DNA of 52,010 nt. Origin: Acidobacteriota bacterium (lineage in GTDB: Bacteria; Acidobacteriota; Vicinamibacteria; Vicinamibacterales; CAVVIG01). The notes under the pieces are model-generated. The model was not told the origin of the DNA, made no database searches, and saw nothing but the letters and a program-made list of their open reading frames with translations. Position 1 is the stretch's first letter, and every line of letters starts with the position of its first letter. This document shows positions 50,163-52,010 of the stretch, piece after piece. The DNA lies in NCBI GenBank assembly GCA_046728115.1, contig JBKPDW010000561.1, forward strand, positions 1 to 52,010, written 5' to 3'. The translations under genes and the position numbers were made by a program.

Positions 50163-50807
50163 CTAGGTCTTTGTCAAGAACGGGTTGGTCCTCCGTTCCT
50201 GTCCAATCGTGGTATCCGGTCCGTGCCCGGAATGCACGATGGCGGAATCGTCGAACGCAAAGAGCACGTTGCGAATTGACGCGATGAGCGTGTCGTAGTT
50301 GCCGCCTGGCAAATCGACGCGCCCGATCGAGCCGGCGAAGAGCGTGTCGCCCACGAACAGATCGGTTCCGCGCTGCCCAGGCTTCCCAACCTCCAGGCAG
50401 ACACCGCCGGGACAGTGCCCTGGTGTGTGATGCGTCCGGATTTCGTAGTCGCCCACGTCAAACATTTCGCCTGGTTTGTAAAACTCGTCGATCGGCGGCT
50501 GCGGCTCGACTTTCAGTCCAAACATCACTCCCGATTCGACGGCGCGCTCGTACAGGAACAGGTCATCTCGATGCAGATGAATCGGCGCGCCGAGCGCCCG
50601 CTTGGCTGCGGCAACGCCCGCCACATGATCGACGTGCGCATGCGTCAACAGGATGTGACGGATCTTCAACTCGTGGCGCTCTGCAAACTCCAGCAGGCCG
50701 GCGACCTCCTCGCCAGGATCGATGATCACCGCCTCGCGCGTCGACTCGCAGCCGACGATGAAGCCGTTCTTGAAAAAGGGACCGACCGCCTGGCTCTCAA
50801 CTATCAT
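50163..50807 (-). CDS. Metallo-beta-lactamase fold hydrolase (glyoxalase II/YcbL-like)
   Basis: THAHVDH, TPGHCPG, GDTLFAGSIGR-D, GHGP-TTIG-E...NPFL. Confidence 0.92.
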   Translation of the reverse strand: MIVESQAVGPFFKNGFIVGCESTREAVIIDPGEEVAGLLEFAERHELKIRHILLTHAHVDHVAGVAAAKRALGAPIHLHRDDLFLYERAVESGVMFGLKVEPQPPIDEFYKPGEMFDVGDYEIRTHHTPGHCPGGVCLEVGKPGQRGTDLFVGDTLFAGSIGRVDLPGGNYDTLIASIRNVLFAFDDSAIVHSGHGPDTTIGQERRTNPFLTKT

Positions 50808-50821
50808 GATGTCTCATGATA
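50802..50821. promoter_or_regulatory. Palindromic head-to-head junction with reciprocal TATCAT -10 boxes
   Basis: TATCATGA-TGTC-TCATGATA; start codons 8 nt apart. Confidence 0.55.
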
Positions 50822-51163
50822 CTAGCCGTCCTCGACGACCTCATGTTCACGTCGAAGATCAAAACCGCCGCGAATCAGCTTGGCGTGACTGTCACTTTTG
50901 CGCGATCGGCAGAGAACGCATTGGCGGACATGCGGAAAACACCGCCCTCGCTCGTGATTCTGGATCTCAACAATCCCCGCACGAACCCCCTGGGGATCGT
51001 CGCGGCCATGAAGCAGGATGCGACGCTCGCGTCGATACCTACGGTCGGGTACGCCTCGCATGTGATGGTCGATCTCATCAATGCCGCCAGACAGGCCGGC
51101 GTCGGCGAGGTGCTGCCTCGCTCTGCGTTCACGGAACGACTCGCTGACATTCTTCGGCGATGA
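50816..51163 (+). CDS. Single-domain response regulator receiver (atypical)
   Basis: LAVLDD, LVILDL (phospho-Asp), GYASH, AG...VLPR. Confidence 0.75.
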   Translation: MILAVLDDLMFTSKIKTAANQLGVTVTFARSAENALADMRKTPPSLVILDLNNPRTNPLGIVAAMKQDATLASIPTVGYASHVMVDLINAARQAGVGEVLPRSAFTERLADILRR

Positions 51164-52010
51164 CCGGAGGCACGCCCGCACTGTTGAACCTGGCTGACGT
51201 TCTTCGCGCGCGCCGCCGCATCGCGGCGCACGTCAGGCGGACGCCGCTCGTCTCCTCGCCCTGGCTCTCTGACGTTTCGGGTGGGAACGTTTTGCTGAAG
51301 CTCGAATCGCTGCAGCTCTCCAACTCGTTCAAGTCACGCGGCGCGTTCAACGCCGTTATGGCTCGACTCGAGCACGTCGGCCGTCCAATGGCGCCACTGG
51401 TCACCGCGTCCGCGGGCAACCACGGTCGTGCGCTCGCGGCCGCCGCGGAGACGTTCGGGTTTCCGGTCGTCGTCTTCACGCCGGCGGATGCGCCGCGAAC
51501 CAAACTGTCCGCCATCGTGCGGCACGGCGCGACCTTGCGAGCCGAGGCACGCGATTACGACCACGCCGAGGCTCTTGCGAAAGCCTTTGCGGTGGACACC
51601 GGCGCAGATTTCATCTCGCCATATAACGATGTCGACGTCATCGCCGGGGCCGCGACGGTTGCGCTGGAGATCTTCGAAGACGCCCCGGCAACCTGCACCT
51701 TTGTCGTGCCTGTCGGCGGCGGCGGACTCATCAGTGGCATGGCGGTTGTTGCCAGGGCGATCGCGCCCGCCTGCTCCGTCATCGGTGTCGAGGTGGAGGC
51801 CTCGTGCGCCTTTCAAACCAGCGTACACGCTGGCCACCTCGTGAGGATCGCGCCGGGCGTGACGCTGGCCGACGGGTTGGGCGGCAATCCCGATCCGAAC
51901 ACCATCACGTTTGACTACATTCAGCGACTGGTCGACAGCATCGTGACCGTCAGCGAATCAGATCTCGCAGCGGCGATGGTCGGTTTGATTGAATTCGAGC
52001 ACCTCATGAC
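51160..52010 (+). CDS. Threonine/serine dehydratase (PLP fold II), partial, runs off the window
   Basis: Manual translation: RTPL, KLESLQLSNSFKSRGA, SAGNHG, PVGGGGL, TLADGL; ATGA overlap with receiver gene; absent from ORF track because no stop in window. Confidence 0.88.
   Translation, partial: MTGGTPALLNLADVLRARRRIAAHVRRTPLVSSPWLSDVSGGNVLLKLESLQLSNSFKSRGAFNAVMARLEHVGRPMAPLVTASAGNHGRALAAAAETFGFPVVVFTPADAPRTKLSAIVRHGATLRAEARDYDHAEALAKAFAVDTGADFISPYNDVDVIAGAATVALEIFEDAPATCTFVVPVGGGGLISGMAVVARAIAPACSVIGVEVEASCAFQTSVHAGHLVRIAPGVTLADGLGGNPDPNTITFDYIQRLVDSIVTVSESDLAAAMVGLIEFEHLM

Overview
GC-rich bacterial chromosomal window with about 45 densely packed genes. Gene content and style (Oar-like TonB-dependent receptor, paired MacB-type permeases, fused E1 alpha/beta, hpnCDE) suggest Acidobacteriota, probably Vicinamibacterales; this is inference. 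Most genes are housekeeping or envelope functions: rhomboid, DoxX, M28 peptidase, htpX, lemA, 2-oxoacid dehydrogenase E1, a fadN/fadA/fadE beta-oxidation operon, long-form thyX, def, fbaB, thiI, hpnCDE, pduO, mutY/mutT, ygfZ, ABC systems and a partial threonine/serine dehydratase. No rRNA, tRNA, CRISPR array, integrase or transposase was seen. Main finds that the ORF track does not show: (1) a 71-codon glutaredoxin-like gene (25790-26005, minus) with two in-frame UGA codons, each followed by a SECIS-like hairpin, consistent with a double-selenocysteine UXX-star protein; (2) a set of short-period (7/8/9-nt) tandem-plus-inverted repeat elements, two of them apparently translated as lipoprotein signal-peptide N-termini; (3) many apparently leaderless genes and several symmetric bidirectional -10 promoters; (4) a frameshifted TonB-dependent receptor.
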